From Emiliania huxleyi CCMP1516 (lineage: Eukaryota), in the NCBI RefSeq assembly GCF_000372725.1, contig NW_005202428.1, forward strand, positions 2,181,249 to 2,245,248: DNA of 64,000 bases, read 5' to 3'. The translations under genes and the position numbers were made by a program. Position 1 is the stretch's first letter. Each line of letters begins with the position of its first letter. The notes below the pieces were generated by a model. The model searched no databases. It had not been told where the DNA came from and worked only from the letters and a program-made list of their open reading frames with translations. Positions 11,462 through 24,590 of the stretch are shown piece after piece.

Positions 11462-12176
11462 CGCGTGTGACATGGCGTGTGAGCTCTCTTGCCTGTCTCG
11501 TTCCGCTCATCAGTGTGAGCTGGTCAATCTAGAGAGTTCAAAATCACCGTATTGATTGGTAATTCTTTTTCCTTCGCGGCAACGCGATGGCGGCAAGGCC
11601 TCTCTGCGCGCCCGCCCTCGCCACGCCGAAGACCAACCGACGTCGGACCGCGGTGAGACCGCGCCGCCCCCCGCGCCCGCCCGCGCCCGCAGCGTGAACA
11701 CATACGCGCGTCCCTCACCACACGGAAACATACGCGCCAGCCGCGCAGCAGCCTCACATGCAGCGCCGACCGCATGCTCGCGCCCTGGGCCGCCGACGAC
11801 CCGGTCGGGCGGGCTGCGCGGCCGCCGTACACCATCAGGCAGGCGCGCGACCACCCGCAGCACGCCGCAGCCCACCGCGCAGCCCTGCCAGCCAAAGCTG
11901 CGCCTCCCAGCTGCACAAACAGGCGCACAACAGAGCACAGCGCACAGCACACGCCGGCGCGCGCGCAGCACACGCAGACGCACGCGCGATTCCAACACGC
12001 ACACGCGCACAGCACGCGCGCATCGCACGCCAGCGCAGCGCCGCACACAGAGCACACTTGCCCACATCAGCAGCAGCCAGCCTGCCACAATCCTCATCTC
12101 ACACACGCGCGCGCACGCACACTCCCCACGCCGGCGCACGCATTGGGCGTCGCCGAGAGGAACCAGAAGAACCAGA

Positions 12177-12236
12177 GAGTCGGCTTGAGGCCGTGAGGGA
12201 TCCAGATATGGATCCCTCAAGGCCTCAAGCCGACTC
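12177..12236. repeat. Inverted repeat, 28-bp arms, 4-nt loop, 1 mismatch
   Basis: gagtcggcttgaggccgtgagggatcca-gata-tggatccctcaaggcctcaagccgactc. Confidence 0.9.
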
Positions 12237-12369
12237 CCTCAAGGCCTCAAGGCATCAACCTGGCTCCTTCCAGGCATACCTAGCCCCCTTCAGGCACCAA
12301 TCAGAATCTTCCCAGGCATTATCCTGACTCCATCCAGGCAGGAGCTGGCTGCACCTCGCGATATCCCGC

Positions 12370-12670
12370 TCCATCTCGCCTATCTCGCCCCATCTCGTCT
12401 AATCTCGCCTCGCCTCGCCTCATCTCGCCTCATCTCGCCTCATCTCGCCTCATCTCGCCTCATCTCGCCTCATCTCACCTCATCTCGCCTCATTACGCCG
12501 CACGACGTGACCCGAGATCGACCCGAGATGGACCCGGGATCGAACCGAGATCGACCCGAGATCGACCCGAGATTGACCCGAGATTGACCCGAGATCGACC
12601 CGAGATCGACCCGAGATCGACACGAGATCGACACGAGATTGACACGAGATCGGCCAGAGATCGACCCAAC
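12370..12670. repeat. Two adjacent tandem arrays, (CATCTCGCCT)n then (CGAGATCGACC)n
   Basis: 10-nt and 11-nt units read directly. Confidence 0.95.
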
Positions 12671-13064
12671 GAGGCCCCTCTGGGGGGGAGATTGACTCAA
12701 CAAGGCCCCAAAGCCCCCTCTCTGGGGGACCCCTCCCCCCCCACCCCGAGTGTCCGTGTCCTTCGCGAGTCACCGATGGGGAGCGGGGGGGGGGGTGCGA
12801 AAAACGAACAGGGGAGGCTGGGGAGGGGGGGGTCCACTCTGAAGACAGCCGACCGCGGAGGGGTTTTGTCCCACAGGGTTTTACCCTCCGCGTGAGGATC
12901 GGCGCGGCGAGGGGGTAGGCTCGAATTCGCCGCGCAACATTTCACCCCCACAGGACCCCGCCCTCCCCCCCTCATTGGGCCCACCACCCAGAACCCCAAC
13001 CTTGGGTTCCCAACCCCTCCTTGCGCAGAGTCCCCCGCTATGTGGTAGGCGTTCTTCAGGGCAC

Positions 13065-13164
13065 NNNNNNNNNNNNNNNNNNNNNNNNNNNNNNNNNNNN
13101 NNNNNNNNNNNNNNNNNNNNNNNNNNNNNNNNNNNNNNNNNNNNNNNNNNNNNNNNNNNNNNNN
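13065..13164. other. Assembly gap (100 N)
   Basis: Run of n. Confidence 1.
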
Positions 13165-13298
13165 CCGGGACGTGTAGTCCTATCGTCCATTCTCCCTCAT
13201 GCTTCACATGCGTCACAGGTCGTGGAGATGGTGGCGGCGGCGGCGGTGGCGATAGCGGCGACGGTGGTGGTAATGGCGGGGGCGCTGGCGGGGGCGGA

Positions 13299-13329
<31 letters not shown>

Positions 13330-16300
13330 GCGGCGGTGCTTGTGGCGGTGGTGGGGGCGGCGGTGATGGTGGTGGCTGCGGCGGAAGCGACGGCGGCGGA
13401 CGTGGCGGTGGCGGTGGTGGCGGTGGCGGTGGCGGCGGCGGCGGCGGCGGCGGCAAGAGTGGCAGCGGCGGTGGCGATGGTGGTGGCGACGGCGGGGGCA
13501 GCGGCGGCGGTGGCGAGGGAGGAGGCGGCAAGGGCGGGGGCGGCGGTGGAGGTGGAGGCGGTGGCGGTGGCGGTGGCGGTGGAGGCGGTGAGGGTGGCGC
13601 GGGCGGCGGCGGGGGCGGTGGGTGTGGCTTCCACATGTTCAGGAGGTCCTCGTAAGCCTTGTGCACAGAGACGCCGAGGAGAGAACTCTCGAGCTGGATG
13701 AGGACGTCGCTCTGCAGAGGGAGGGCATGGGTCAATGACGCTCGACGGTGGGTGGGTGGGTGGCGGCCTGAGGGGTCTGGAGGTCTTGGATGGCTGAGTT
13801 GAGAAGGACCTGCCGGTAGGCGAGCAGCGGTTCGATGCCGCCGACTCTCACCTTCGTGGGTGGGTGGCAGACGTGATAGCTATGGAAAGATAAGTGCCAA
13901 GAGTCGCAAGTGTGTGTGGGGGGCACGCGCCTTGATGCGGGCGTCCAAGTCGACCTTGGCGTAGCCCGCGCCGATGGGGTGCGGGGTCAGCTCTCGGAGG
14001 AGAGAGAGGAGGTCCTTGATGTCCACCGCGAACAGTTCTACTGGGAACTTGATCGGCGTGACAAAGGTGTCGCTCGGTGGCAGCACGATAGCCTGCTCTT
14101 CCGTCAGCTCCGGCAGCGAAATCTCGCCCACTTTGACGTTGTTGTACAGTATGCGCACGCTTATGCCCTTCACGTAGAGCTGGGTCTCGAGCGGGTTGCG
14201 GAGCGCCACGTGACAATACTGATGCAACATGGGGGTCCCTCGCAGAGCACCTGAAGCGGCATTCGAGGAATGAATCCGCAGTGGCGCACGGGGTGGCAGG
14301 CTCTGGGTGTGCGGCGAGAGCATGAGGGTGGGATTCAGCTGCGACTCTGCGAGCCGTCCTCCAATTCCAACGAGCAGGAGAGGGGCGGGCTCGCTACGGC
14401 CTCGCACCGTCGAGAGGATTAAGGAGCGTCGCGGTGGCCACGGGGATATTGAGGTCAACGAAGGCCTTCTGGACAATGTTGTGGTCGCTCGATCCCATGC
14501 CTATCGATATAGAAACCGGATCGATGCCCGAGATCGATCATCCGAGAGCAGCCGAGACATCCGAGACACCCAAGCCCCCTGCACCATCTCGCGGTCATGT
14601 TTCGCCCGAAGCTCGGAAACCCGATCGGGTGCCGCTACATCCGCCCTCTGCCTCTGTCGCTAGACGAGCGTGCCCTGCCTCCCACCAATCTACTCGCGGC
14701 CCACGCGCACCTGGTAGATCGACCCGAAACGCGGTGCCCCTGGCGGCCGCCGAATAGAAAAGGCTCGACGGCACCGCCGCTACACGTGCGATGAGCGGCG
14801 TAGTGCTCGACGTCAGATAGTGGTTGAAGACGTCGGCCGTCGAAACGAGATCCCGCTCGCGATTCTCCACTTTCAGCTTCCCCTTCACGGTGAACCAATC
14901 GTTGTGTCTGCGCGCGAGCCAAAAGCGGCGATCCGTTTGCACCTGGGTGGGCGGGGGATGAAGCTCACTTGGCGCGGGGGAGGCGCTAGCCATGATGAAG
15001 GGATGGGAGTGAAGTCGGTGGGAGGCGGAGGCGAGGGAGGCGGAAGCGGTGCCGATGAAGGGAGGGGCGGGCGGGTGGCCTCGGCAAATTTGACGCCCAG
15101 GGAATGCTCTGCGGCCACCGACGAGTTGGCATTGTGGGAGTTGTAGCGTCGGATGCAGCCCTGCGCCCCCAACTTCGCCTCTGCAGCGTGATGCCCCCGG
15201 TCGCAAGCCGAGAGATCCGTATGCACGTCGATGGCCACCGCTCCAAGGTCATGCATCACAAACCTGCGACAACACGCGCCGAGCTTGGACCTGGGACGTT
15301 TCCCCTATCCCGAAGCCCGTCAGTCTATGCGACGCAGTCTATAAGTACGCGTCGCACACGTCGACGGGTTGTGCAGCCGCGCGTCGATCGTGACAACGGC
15401 GTTCTCTGCGACCTCGGTCGAGTCGTGCTCCACATCGAGTACACTGCAGACGTTGCGAACGCGTCAGTGGACGCATAAGCTCCAATGCGCGCGGATGTGG
15501 TTCTGGAGTGGCATGGGTGCGTGGGTGCGGTGGTGGTGGGGGGGTGTGGCGTCGGCGGTGGTGCGCACGGAGCAGAGACCGATTGCGAGCCAAGAGTTGC
15601 AGTAGGAAGCGTGCAAGCAGGTGGATGAGAGGTTTGAAGTGTCTCGGAGCTGTCCCGCACTGGAGGTTTCGAACTTCAATGCCAAAGTTGTGTGCGCCGC
15701 GGAGCTCGACCGACTTTGCGAACGTGATGCCGGGGATACGCATAGTACCCTTGGTCTTGCACGTCGCGATGTCGAAGCGGCATAGCCCTACGGAGCAAGG
15801 TGCTGGAGCTGATGCCCAACAGACCTGCGGAGAAACTCGTGCGCCGCTGCAAAAAGGCAGGCCTTGGTCAGCGCCGCGGAGCTCGACCGCGAGGACGGCA
15901 AACCTGCGAGCAGGCAGACGACCGCTCCGCTGTGCAACAACCGCGGGCGGCCCATGCCGCTACCTCCCGCGGGCTACCACTACCTCTGGATGGGTGGTGG
16001 AGACCGAGCGCGTCGCTCTAGTGCACTCACAGCTCGATGGTGAACTTGTCCTCCGCCACCACCGTCTTCACAACGCGTTGGAACACAGCGACGTCGTCCA
16101 CGACCAGGTTGCCAGCGATCTGCGTTCTGATTTTACCGCCGCCACCGAGCGGGCACGGCAGCGTGTAGAGCGTGCCGAAGCGCTCGCCGCGAAAGAAGAC
16201 GTTCATCTCGGCGTAACCCAGCGTTGCCTGCCGTGCAGCGCTAGCGGTGAGGACACCCTCCGGAGAGAGTTGCTCCGCCTCATTCGGCTGACCTGCGCTC

Positions 16301-16681
16301 CAAAGAAGAGCAGCTCCATGGCGACGTCCACGAGCACGTTAAAGTTGATTAGCGGCACCTCAGGATCTGCTGCAAGCATCACGAGGTCATATATGGCGGG
16401 ACTTATGCTGCGGAGGAGGTGGGGCGCGGGCGCACACCTGGCCAGTGGTGCGGAGCTTGAAGCGTGATCTGGTCCACCCGCATCTCGAAGGATTCAAGGA
16501 CGGCCTGCACAAACGGCTTGCCAACTCCAATCTTGACTCGATGCTCAAGTCCCGACGCTTGGAAGGCGCAGGCAGAGAGCATCGCCAGTGCCACTAGCAG
16601 CGCGACGCGCAGCCAGCTGCGACGGCCGTAGGCGGGAGGAGGGACCATTCCCGCGGGTCGACCGCCGCCAGTCGCGTCCAT
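13165..16681 (-). CDS. Multi-exon membrane-anchored DUF3712/LEA2-like protein with a polyproline C-terminal tract; 3' end at or in the gap
   Basis: N-terminal TM (SWLRVALLVALAMLSACAF). Beta-rich exons such as VALRNPLETQLYVKGISVRILYNNVKVGEISL resemble LEA2/DUF3712 repeats. Pro-rich exon about 13225-13625. Confidence 0.6.
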
Positions 16682-16996
16682 AGACGCAAAAAGGAAAGGG
16701 GGGTCGAGAGGGTCGAAGCCACTCGCGCCGCCGCCCTACTCGAAAACGACCGCAAAGCGAATATGCAATGAATCAGCGCGTGAACGTCGTCCTGTGATGC
16801 TGTGAAGTCTCAATAACAAGGCTGTGAAGTCGTGCCAGGTCTGAGATTCTTGTTTCTTACTCCTTTTGTCCAAAAGCTCCCATCCCCAGGGCCTCCAGCA
16901 GGTCCAGGGCTCGCACCTCAACCTCTCATAGAAGAGAGAGAGAGAGATTCATTAAATTCATTCACCTTCCTACCTACCTACCTACCTACCCTATAG

Positions 16997-17304
<308 letters not shown>

Positions 17305-17379
17305 ACAAGCACGGAGGGATGGGAGGGCGCGGGTTCGCGGGACCACGCACCACGCACCACACGGCACGCCGCCTCCCCG

Positions 17380-19400
17380 GAAATTTCTTTTTTTGGTGTT
17401 GTGCGAGATTTGGTTGGTGCACTAGTGAAGAAAGAATTTAACAAAAACAACTCTCTCTCACAGCAGACAGGCTCGACACAGGTGTGCGGACTGGCGCGTG
17501 CTAGCACTAATCAAAGAAAACAGACAACCCAAGGGAGGGATGGGAGGAGGGCACGCCGCCACCACACAGGGATTTTAAAGGAGAGGAGTGTGGTTCTGCC
17601 GTCACCCACCCTCGGGCGTCTACCTCTTCCTATCTCTTGCTTGCAGTCTCTCGCCAATTCTCGGCTGTGACCTTTATGCCTCCTCGCTCCTCGCGGTCTT
17701 CTCACTCTCGACTCTCGTCCGGTGCCTAGTGTAATAAATCCCCACGCGGAATCGACCCTATCCAGTGCTCAAGTGCTCAATAGATCAGTCATCTCCAGGA
17801 GAGATGGGCGACGCACGAACACAGAGGCACAGTGCGCACCCCGCCCCGCTCACACAGGGCGTGCATCCGGTGCCTAGTGTCGTGTGTCGTGTGCGGGCGC
17901 GAGGGAAATAAAATTCTTTCCCTTGTGTTAGTGCCAGTGCGCGCCAGTCCCGTGCCCAGTGTCGTGCGAGGGAGTTTTGTTATACAATTCTTTTCCTCCA
18001 CATCCGTCATCGCTCAGTCGAAAAAAGAGAAAGAAAACAGACAACCCAAGGGAGGGATGGGAGGACGGCACGCCGCCACCACACAGGGATTTTAAGGAGA
18101 GGAGTGTGGTGCTAGCCGTCGCCCACCCTAACCCTTGGGCGTCTGCTTCTTCCTATCTCTCTTCGCAGTCCCTCGCCAATTCTCGCTGCAACCTTCATGC
18201 CACCTCGCGGTCGTCCCACTCTCGTCGTTCTCTCTCCTGTCACCTGTCGCTTCATCCTCTGTCGCGTCGCTCTCCTCTGCCTCGTTCTGCGACGGCGCCG
18301 CCGCCTGCCGCTCCCTTGCTCTCGCAGCTTCTCCCGCCTTTCGGCGCAACTCTGCCCTCCTCGCGGCATATTTTGGCCCCTCGAGTCTATCGAGCTCTCC
18401 TCGCGCAAGGACGACTCTTCTGACGCCCACTGCGATCATTTGCCGCCAAGTCATATTGTTGCTCAGGTCCACTCTCTCTTCGAACACTTGTACCTCCACC
18501 GATGATGTTGGCGCTGGGGTCCCCTTCGGGTGCATCGCGACAGCTGACGACGGGATTACCCCACTGGGTCCTCCTCGGGTTCGTCTTCCCCGGCTTCCAC
18601 CCGTCCGGCTCTACGTTCAGTACACGTTCAGCGTGGCTCACCCTCCATGCCGTGAACAGGCGCTTTATCCATCCTATCTTCTCTCGCTCCTCTGCCCGTG
18701 CCTTGGTCTTGTCGTTGTTTCGCACCCATGTCTGTATGGCAATCGAGGCTGCCTTGGTGGGCTTGCACGGCTACGAGCTCTTTGTGGGATACGGACACGG
18801 GGCGAGCGCGATCAGAGTAGGGGAGCTACAGGAGGACCCCCTGGAGCGTGCGCGGAGCGTGCGCGGGCGTGCGCGGCCAGGGCGCAGGCAAGTGCCCGAG
18901 GGTATTGGGGTGGGCGGCACCCTGGGGCTACCCGTAGCATCGTCGGCTTAGCGATGGGTATCCTCGGCGCGTCTTCCCTGACGCGATGTCCTAGACATCG
19001 TGCCTCTCCTGGTCCTTTGCAGTCCTACATGAGCCAGCCACCCTCCGCTCAAACGAGAATTGCAACAGAAATAATTTTAAAAAGCTCCCTCGCACGACAC
19101 TGGGCACGGGACTGGCGCGCACTGGCACTAAAACACAAGGAAAAGAAAGAAACAGAGCCCCTAGCAGGGATATGGGAGGATGGCAGGACAGCACGCCGCC
19201 ATATACGGATTGGTTTAAGGAGAGGAGTGTGGTGCTAGCCGTCGCCCACCCTTGGGCGTCTGCCTCTTCCATCCATGTCTCTCGCAGTCTCTCGCCAATT
19301 CTCGCAGCGACCTTCATGCCGCCTCCCGGTCTTCTCACTCTCGTCGTTCTCTCTCCTGTCGCTTCATCCTCTGACTCATCGCTCTACTTACGCTCTCCTC
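17380..19400. mobile_element. Cluster of nested, 5'-truncated retroelement 3' ends, including a decayed LINE-like ORF tail on the minus strand
   Basis: Three related copies of a roughly 180-bp unit starting near aaagaaa(a)cagac (about 17513, 18030, 19145; partial fourth copy at about 62090). 17430-17505 matches 48200-48270. 17921-17976 is inverted at 19080-19140. Frameshifted minus-strand ORF pieces 18128-18725 run into the repeat. Confidence 0.7.
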
Positions 19401-19444
19401 GGCCACGTTCGGATGAGACGCCTAAAAGGAGGATGAAGGTGACC

Positions 19445-19575
19445 TTTGACCGCGCAAGATGCAAATAAAGGGTGGCTAAGGGCTCTGCCCGCAAGGCGCC
19501 CGCGTCGCAGACGCGGTACCATTGACAAATCTGCGATATACCCCCACAGGAACAAATAGAACAATAAAAATTCTT
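19445..19575 (+). repeat. Dispersed hairpin-rich repeat, copy 2
   Basis: About 55 bp identical to the core of the 5416-5540 copy, with looser similarity on both sides. Confidence 0.9.
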
Positions 19576-20261
19576 TTCCTGCGATGGACAGCGGCGCCGT
19601 CCGCGAGGCCGTGCTCCTTTAGGTCTTTTTTCTTTTAGGTCTTTTTTCTTTTTTCGTCGCGCTGTGTGTACTGCGCCGTGTCCGACAAGAAGTCACCTAA
19701 TCCTGCGGCACAGCCCGCTGCCCATCGACATGGCTGCATAGCTGCCACGATCTGGCCACGACTACGGGTGCTCGATGGCCCTTCTCGGCTGCATGTTGTC
19801 TCGATCGTATGCTGCTACCTCACCGTGCGGACTGCTCCTGCTCATATGTCGAGAGTCACTACACTACTACTCGCTTGCACACATAAGACACACAGTCTCG
19901 TAGATGCCGGTCAGACAGTCCCTCCGTGGGTCACATTCTCGAAGGCCCTCAGCCTCGGGTACGTGATCGGCTCCCACGGAGTAGCACTTGAAGTAGCCGA
20001 TCACGTACCCGAGAGATGAGGGCATTTCGGCTGACATTCCGGAAGGCAACAAGCGCCGTGATATTCCGTGGCCTTGCTCTGGCTGGAGATCTTTCCTCTC
20101 AGTAGGCGCCGCTGTCGGCTACGTGACGGTATGTGCAGCACACGACACTCATGACCAGTCACATGAACCCTGAGTCTTCAGTAAGCGAGCCGCTGGAGCC
20201 CTTCTCATTTGTGGCTCCGTCCTCTCCTCTGCCCGCCTCTCGGCAGGAGCCAGCCGCAAAG

Positions 20262-20504
20262 TCAGTCCATGTCGCCGTCCTCCTCGTGGTCGCTGTCCTC
20301 GTCGTCGCTGTCCTCCTCGAACGGGACGTCGCTGTCCTCCTCGAACGGGACGTCGCGCTCAGCGTACATCATCTGCTTGAGCCGCACCAACGACTCGACG
20401 GCCGCCCTGCGCTGCGGCCGCGCCGCGGGCTCCGAGGCGTCCATGGCGACGGGCTCGTCGGCGCCGGCTGGCGACGGCGCGGAGCGCTTGCGCGAGGAGC
20501 GTGT

Positions 20505-20539
<35 letters not shown>

Positions 20540-22316
20540 TGCCGAGCACCTCGCCGGGCGCGAGCTCGGTGTACGGCGCCTTGGTGAGCTTGCCTGTCTT
20601 GCGGCTCCGGCTGCCCGTCAGCTTGCTCGTGCACCGCCGGGTGCCGAGCTCGTTCGCGAGCGCGGCGTGCTGCCCGCCAAACTGGAGGCGGAGGACGTTC
20701 GTGTGCGACTCGCCGCGCGGGCCCCACGTGAAAACGAGCACCGCGTTCTCCGGCTCGAAGGAGGCGGTCCAGTACTTGTTGTGCCAGTGCCCCTTCCGCT
20801 GAGGGTTCTCGAGCTTGCAGGTGAAGGCGCGCGACCACGGCGGCAGCACGAGCGGCGCGGACGACGACGACGCCTGCTGCTGCGCGTGCTCCTGCCAGGT
20901 GCTGCCCAGCTCGTCCTTCCGCTCGCGGTAGGCCGGGCTGGCTTGGATCTCGAGGACGTACGTGTCGACCTGCGGCGCGACGAAGTGCTCGCCCATGCAG
21001 TGCATCATCAGCACGCCGAGCGCGTGGCCGCAGGCCTGGCCCTGCTGCGGCCCGCCCTTGGAGATGCCCGACATGAGGGTGCGCGGGTGCGGGTACTGCT
21101 GCATCAGCTCCGTGTGGGAGAGCACCTCCGACCGCTTGGCGGTCGACGCGGCATGCATGCACTCCTCGCTCACGAAGACCTCGATGTTGCCCGCCTTCAG
21201 GTGCTTCCGCAGGCTTGCGGTGCAGAAGCGCTGCGCGTGGCCCTTCTCATCGAGGACGAAAGCGACCGGGGTGGAGCGGAGCAGGGAGGCGAGAACCTCA
21301 CAGCCGCCGAGGCACTTCCACCCCTTTTTTTTGGCCTCCTGCAGGTTGGTCACCATGCGGCGGTGGCTGCCGACGGCGACGTAGACGGAGGTGCTCCCGC
21401 TGTGATCGAGCGCGGCGATCGCGACGGCGTTGACCTCGCCCGCAACCTGCTGCGCCATGTCCTCTCGCTCCTGCGGCGAGAGGCCGTCCTGCGTCTCGCC
21501 GGTGCCTCGCGCGGCGGCCGCCGCCCACGACCTGCGCTGGTTTGCGGGGTTGCACTTGCCCGCCTGTGACGGCCGCTTGCCCGCCCTCGACGCCACCTCC
21601 TTGAGGTCGCCCGCATCGATCGCGGCCGCGTTGAGCGACGTGCGGACGGCCGCCGTGCCCGCGGTCGACGCCCGCTCCTTGAGCTCGCCCGCATCGATCG
21701 CGGCCGCGTTGAGCGACGTGCGGACGGCCGCCAAGCCCGCTCTCGACGCCCGCTCCTTGAGGTCGCCCGCATCGATCGCGGCCGCGTTGAGCGACGTGCG
21801 GACGGCCACCGTGCCCGCGGTCGACGCCCGCTCCTTGAGCTCGCCCGCATCGATCGCGGCCGCGTTGAGCGACGTGCGGACGGCCGCCAAGCCCGCTCTC
21901 GACGCCCGCTCCTTGAGCTCGCCCGCATCGATCGCGGCCGCGTTGAGCGGCGTGCGGACGGCCGCCAAGCCCGCCATCGACGCCCGCTCCTTGAGCTCGC
22001 CCGCATCGATCGCGGCCGCGTTGAGCGGCGTGCGGACGGCCGCCAAGCCCGCCTGCGAAACGTACTCGCGGATCACGCCCTTGTCCGTCTTGCCAGCCTC
22101 GTGCGCTGCCCACGCCTTGGGCACGGAGTCGAAGCCGACACCGCTTGGCGCGTAGTAGCCGACGCGAAAGTCGCTCTTTTTGCCGCTGTGCAGGATGGTC
22201 CAGCCGGCGTCGAGCAGTGCTCGATACTTTTCGCGGTGGCATCGCGGTTCGGCCTCCTTGGGGATCCACTTCTTGTCGTGGGCAGCCTGGAGGTTCCGCG
22301 GAATCGGCCTACCCAT
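20262..22316 (-). CDS. Intronless 684-aa protein: MBD-like N-terminus, six 26-aa repeats, unknown central domain, WGR domain, acidic tail
   Basis: LLDAGWTILHSGKKSDFRVGYYAPSGVGFDS resembles an MBD fold. HNKYWTASFEPENAVLVFTWGPRGE...SKL...Y resembles WGR. 78-bp repeat units. Confidence 0.65.
21583..22053 (-). repeat. Coding minisatellite, 78 bp x 6 (AGLAAVRTxLNAAAIDAGELKERASx)
   Basis: gcatcgatcgcggccgcgttgagc recurs at 21613, 21691, 21769, 21847, 21925 and 22003. Confidence 0.95.
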
Positions 22317-23502
22317 CGTCGCCCGTACAAGCAGCCGAGCTCGCGAGCAGCACGGGCAAACGCAAACTCGACCGAGCGTGACTCCTTTAGCGTGGCTGAG
22401 CCGATCAAGCCGTCTGGTGAAAAGAAAAAGCCTGAAATAGAGTTTCGCTCGCGCTAGAACCGTTCCGAGCTCTCCCGCAGCACCCACCACGCTCACCTCG
22501 GTTTATTTGGTTTAAAGATGAACACGTCTTTAGCTGCAGGCTGCAGCTGCAACGCACTCTGGCGCGCGGGCGCCACTCTGCACCAAGACTTCAAACACGC
22601 GACGCCTCTCCGCCGCGGCGGACGCGTATACGCGCGGTTGCACCCGCCGCATCTGTGCAACGGCGACCGCCAGCCGCGCGGCTATCTCGTGGCCGGGAGG
22701 CCGCAAAGGGAGAGCGCAGCGCTGCAGCGGCACTGTTACGACATTTGCGATCCCCGACGACAGTTGTTCAAGCGAGCCTGCCGTCGCGAGAAGAGCAAAA
22801 ACCCGTTGGGGAGGGGGCCCTCCGGGACTGCGGCTCCCTAAACCTCGATCAGTTGTCGGCCCCAGAACGTCCGAGTCCTCAGTCTGGGCCGGCGACGGTT
22901 GGCGCTGCGCACGCACCGCGTCAGGGCGCCTTGTCCATGCGGGTGAGCGCCACCGCCTGTGACGAGCAGCGAGCCGGCTCAATCAGGCGTGCGGCCGCCG
23001 GATGGGGGCCGCGCACGCGCGGGCGCGGGGCGGGCGGGCGTCCTTAGTGCGCAGGAGCAGCGGGCCCGAGCGGTCTGCGCGCGCGCGCATCTTCGCCGAA
23101 TCATCGCGTGCGAGACTGCGCGTCTGCGGTCAAAGACGGCTACCTGCGCCGGGCAGGAGCCGGATCGCGTGTGGATCACACGAGGCGCGGAGGGCACACG
23201 GGCTGGGGAAAGCTCCGTGAGAGCTTGCGGCGCGAGAAGCAACAGCGAGAGGCTAAGACGAGAAGGCACGGCTAGGTCAGGCTTGGCACAGCATGGTGGC
23301 GGAGGGTGGAGTGAACCTTCAGTGCCTCTGGCACCGGCGCTGGAAATCACTGAGAAGGCGCCGGACAAGGCTTCACGCCCATCGACATTTCTCGGCCGCC
23401 GCCGGCGAGAAAAGAAGTGAGATTTCTACGTCCGTCGGTCCACTGTCGCCCTCGCCCGAGGAGCAGGCCTCTCAGTTCACGGGGTGAGCCGTGAACCCGG
23501 TC

Positions 23503-24379
23503 ATGAACCAGTTCGCGGTTCACGAGCTCGTCCGCCGCGGCCTGCGGCAGAGCGGCAATGCGACGGAGGGCTCCTTCGCAGACGACGTGCGCGGCTTTGT
23601 GCACGCGGTCGACTGGACCGAGCCGTGGCTCAAGGGTCCACGCCGCTCCGTGGCAGCCTCCACTCGCCCTCGATGACGCCGACCCCCATCCCACGCACAG
23701 GCCTGCTCGGGCTCCACCTGTCCGTGTGGGCTGTGGTCATTGTGACGCGGCGCGTCAACGAGTTGCAGATGGCGCTCCTCGTTGCGATCCTCGGTGCAGT
23801 CTACGGCGCGGAGCGGCTGAACGCGCTCGGCGCGGCGCACTGGCGCGAGTTTGCCACCCAAGACTACTTTGACGAGCGCGGCGTCTTCGTTGCGCTCCTC
23901 TACTGTGCGCTCGCTCGCAGCCCCCCAATGACACGGCCCCCCCAATGGAACGCACACGAAAGCAACACAAGCAGCAGAGCGTCGGACGGCCCTCCTCGGA
24001 AGTACCGTGGCCTGGTAGACCTCGCGCGTCGTCTCACGTCGGCGAGTGCCGTCACGGAGAGGGCGGCGCCTGCTCACTCGCTCGCCCGCGGCAGGCACGC
24101 CCTTGCTGCTCGCGGCGGGCTTCATTCTGCTCAACGCCCTGCGCACGACCGCGAGACTTCTCGTCGAGGTGCGACGGCTGCCCGCTGCGAGCCACGCGCA
24201 ACGCACGCGCAACGCAGAGCGGCCGCTCTCTGCCCTCCGACTCGGCCGACCCTCGTTTCGCCAACCTTGCAACGCGGCACTGTGCTGCCACCCAGGTCAA
24301 GAGAAGGGAGCTGCGGGCGAACGCGAAGGCCAGGGCCAAGGGCGGCGGCGGAGAGGGAGGGAGCAAAAAGAAGGACTAG
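23503..24379 (+). CDS. TMEM18: Transmembrane protein 18 homolog, 4 exons
   Basis: FVHAVDWTEPWL.GLLGLH...AERLNALGAAHWREFATQDYFDERGVF...PLL...LLVEVKRREL. Confidence 0.9.
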
Positions 24380-24590
24380 ACAGCGCGGCTCGTGGCACGA
24401 AAGGGGACGACACATCAGTCAGTTCCACTGTTAGTGCTTCCACTAGCTCGTTCGAAGTGCTGTGTCTGGGAGCACGCGATGGCGAAGTTTTTCTTGCGCG
24501 TCGCAGACACAGTGCTTTTCGCCTTCGCGCCAGTAGTTATCGCTAGCGGCGGTCTCCTCCTGTCAACCCTCTCATCACAAAACAGATCAC

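Noticed and set aside
12370..12670. CRISPR-like repeat array (also 47454-47545, 60418-60590 and 21583-22053)
   Set aside because: Units are contiguous without unique spacers, there are no cas genes and the context is eukaryotic.
22518..22841. Small Cys-containing ORF; similarly 1808-2431, 25018-25516 and 28097-28447
   Set aside because: No recognisable motif or splice structure; may be decayed element fragments but cannot be supported.
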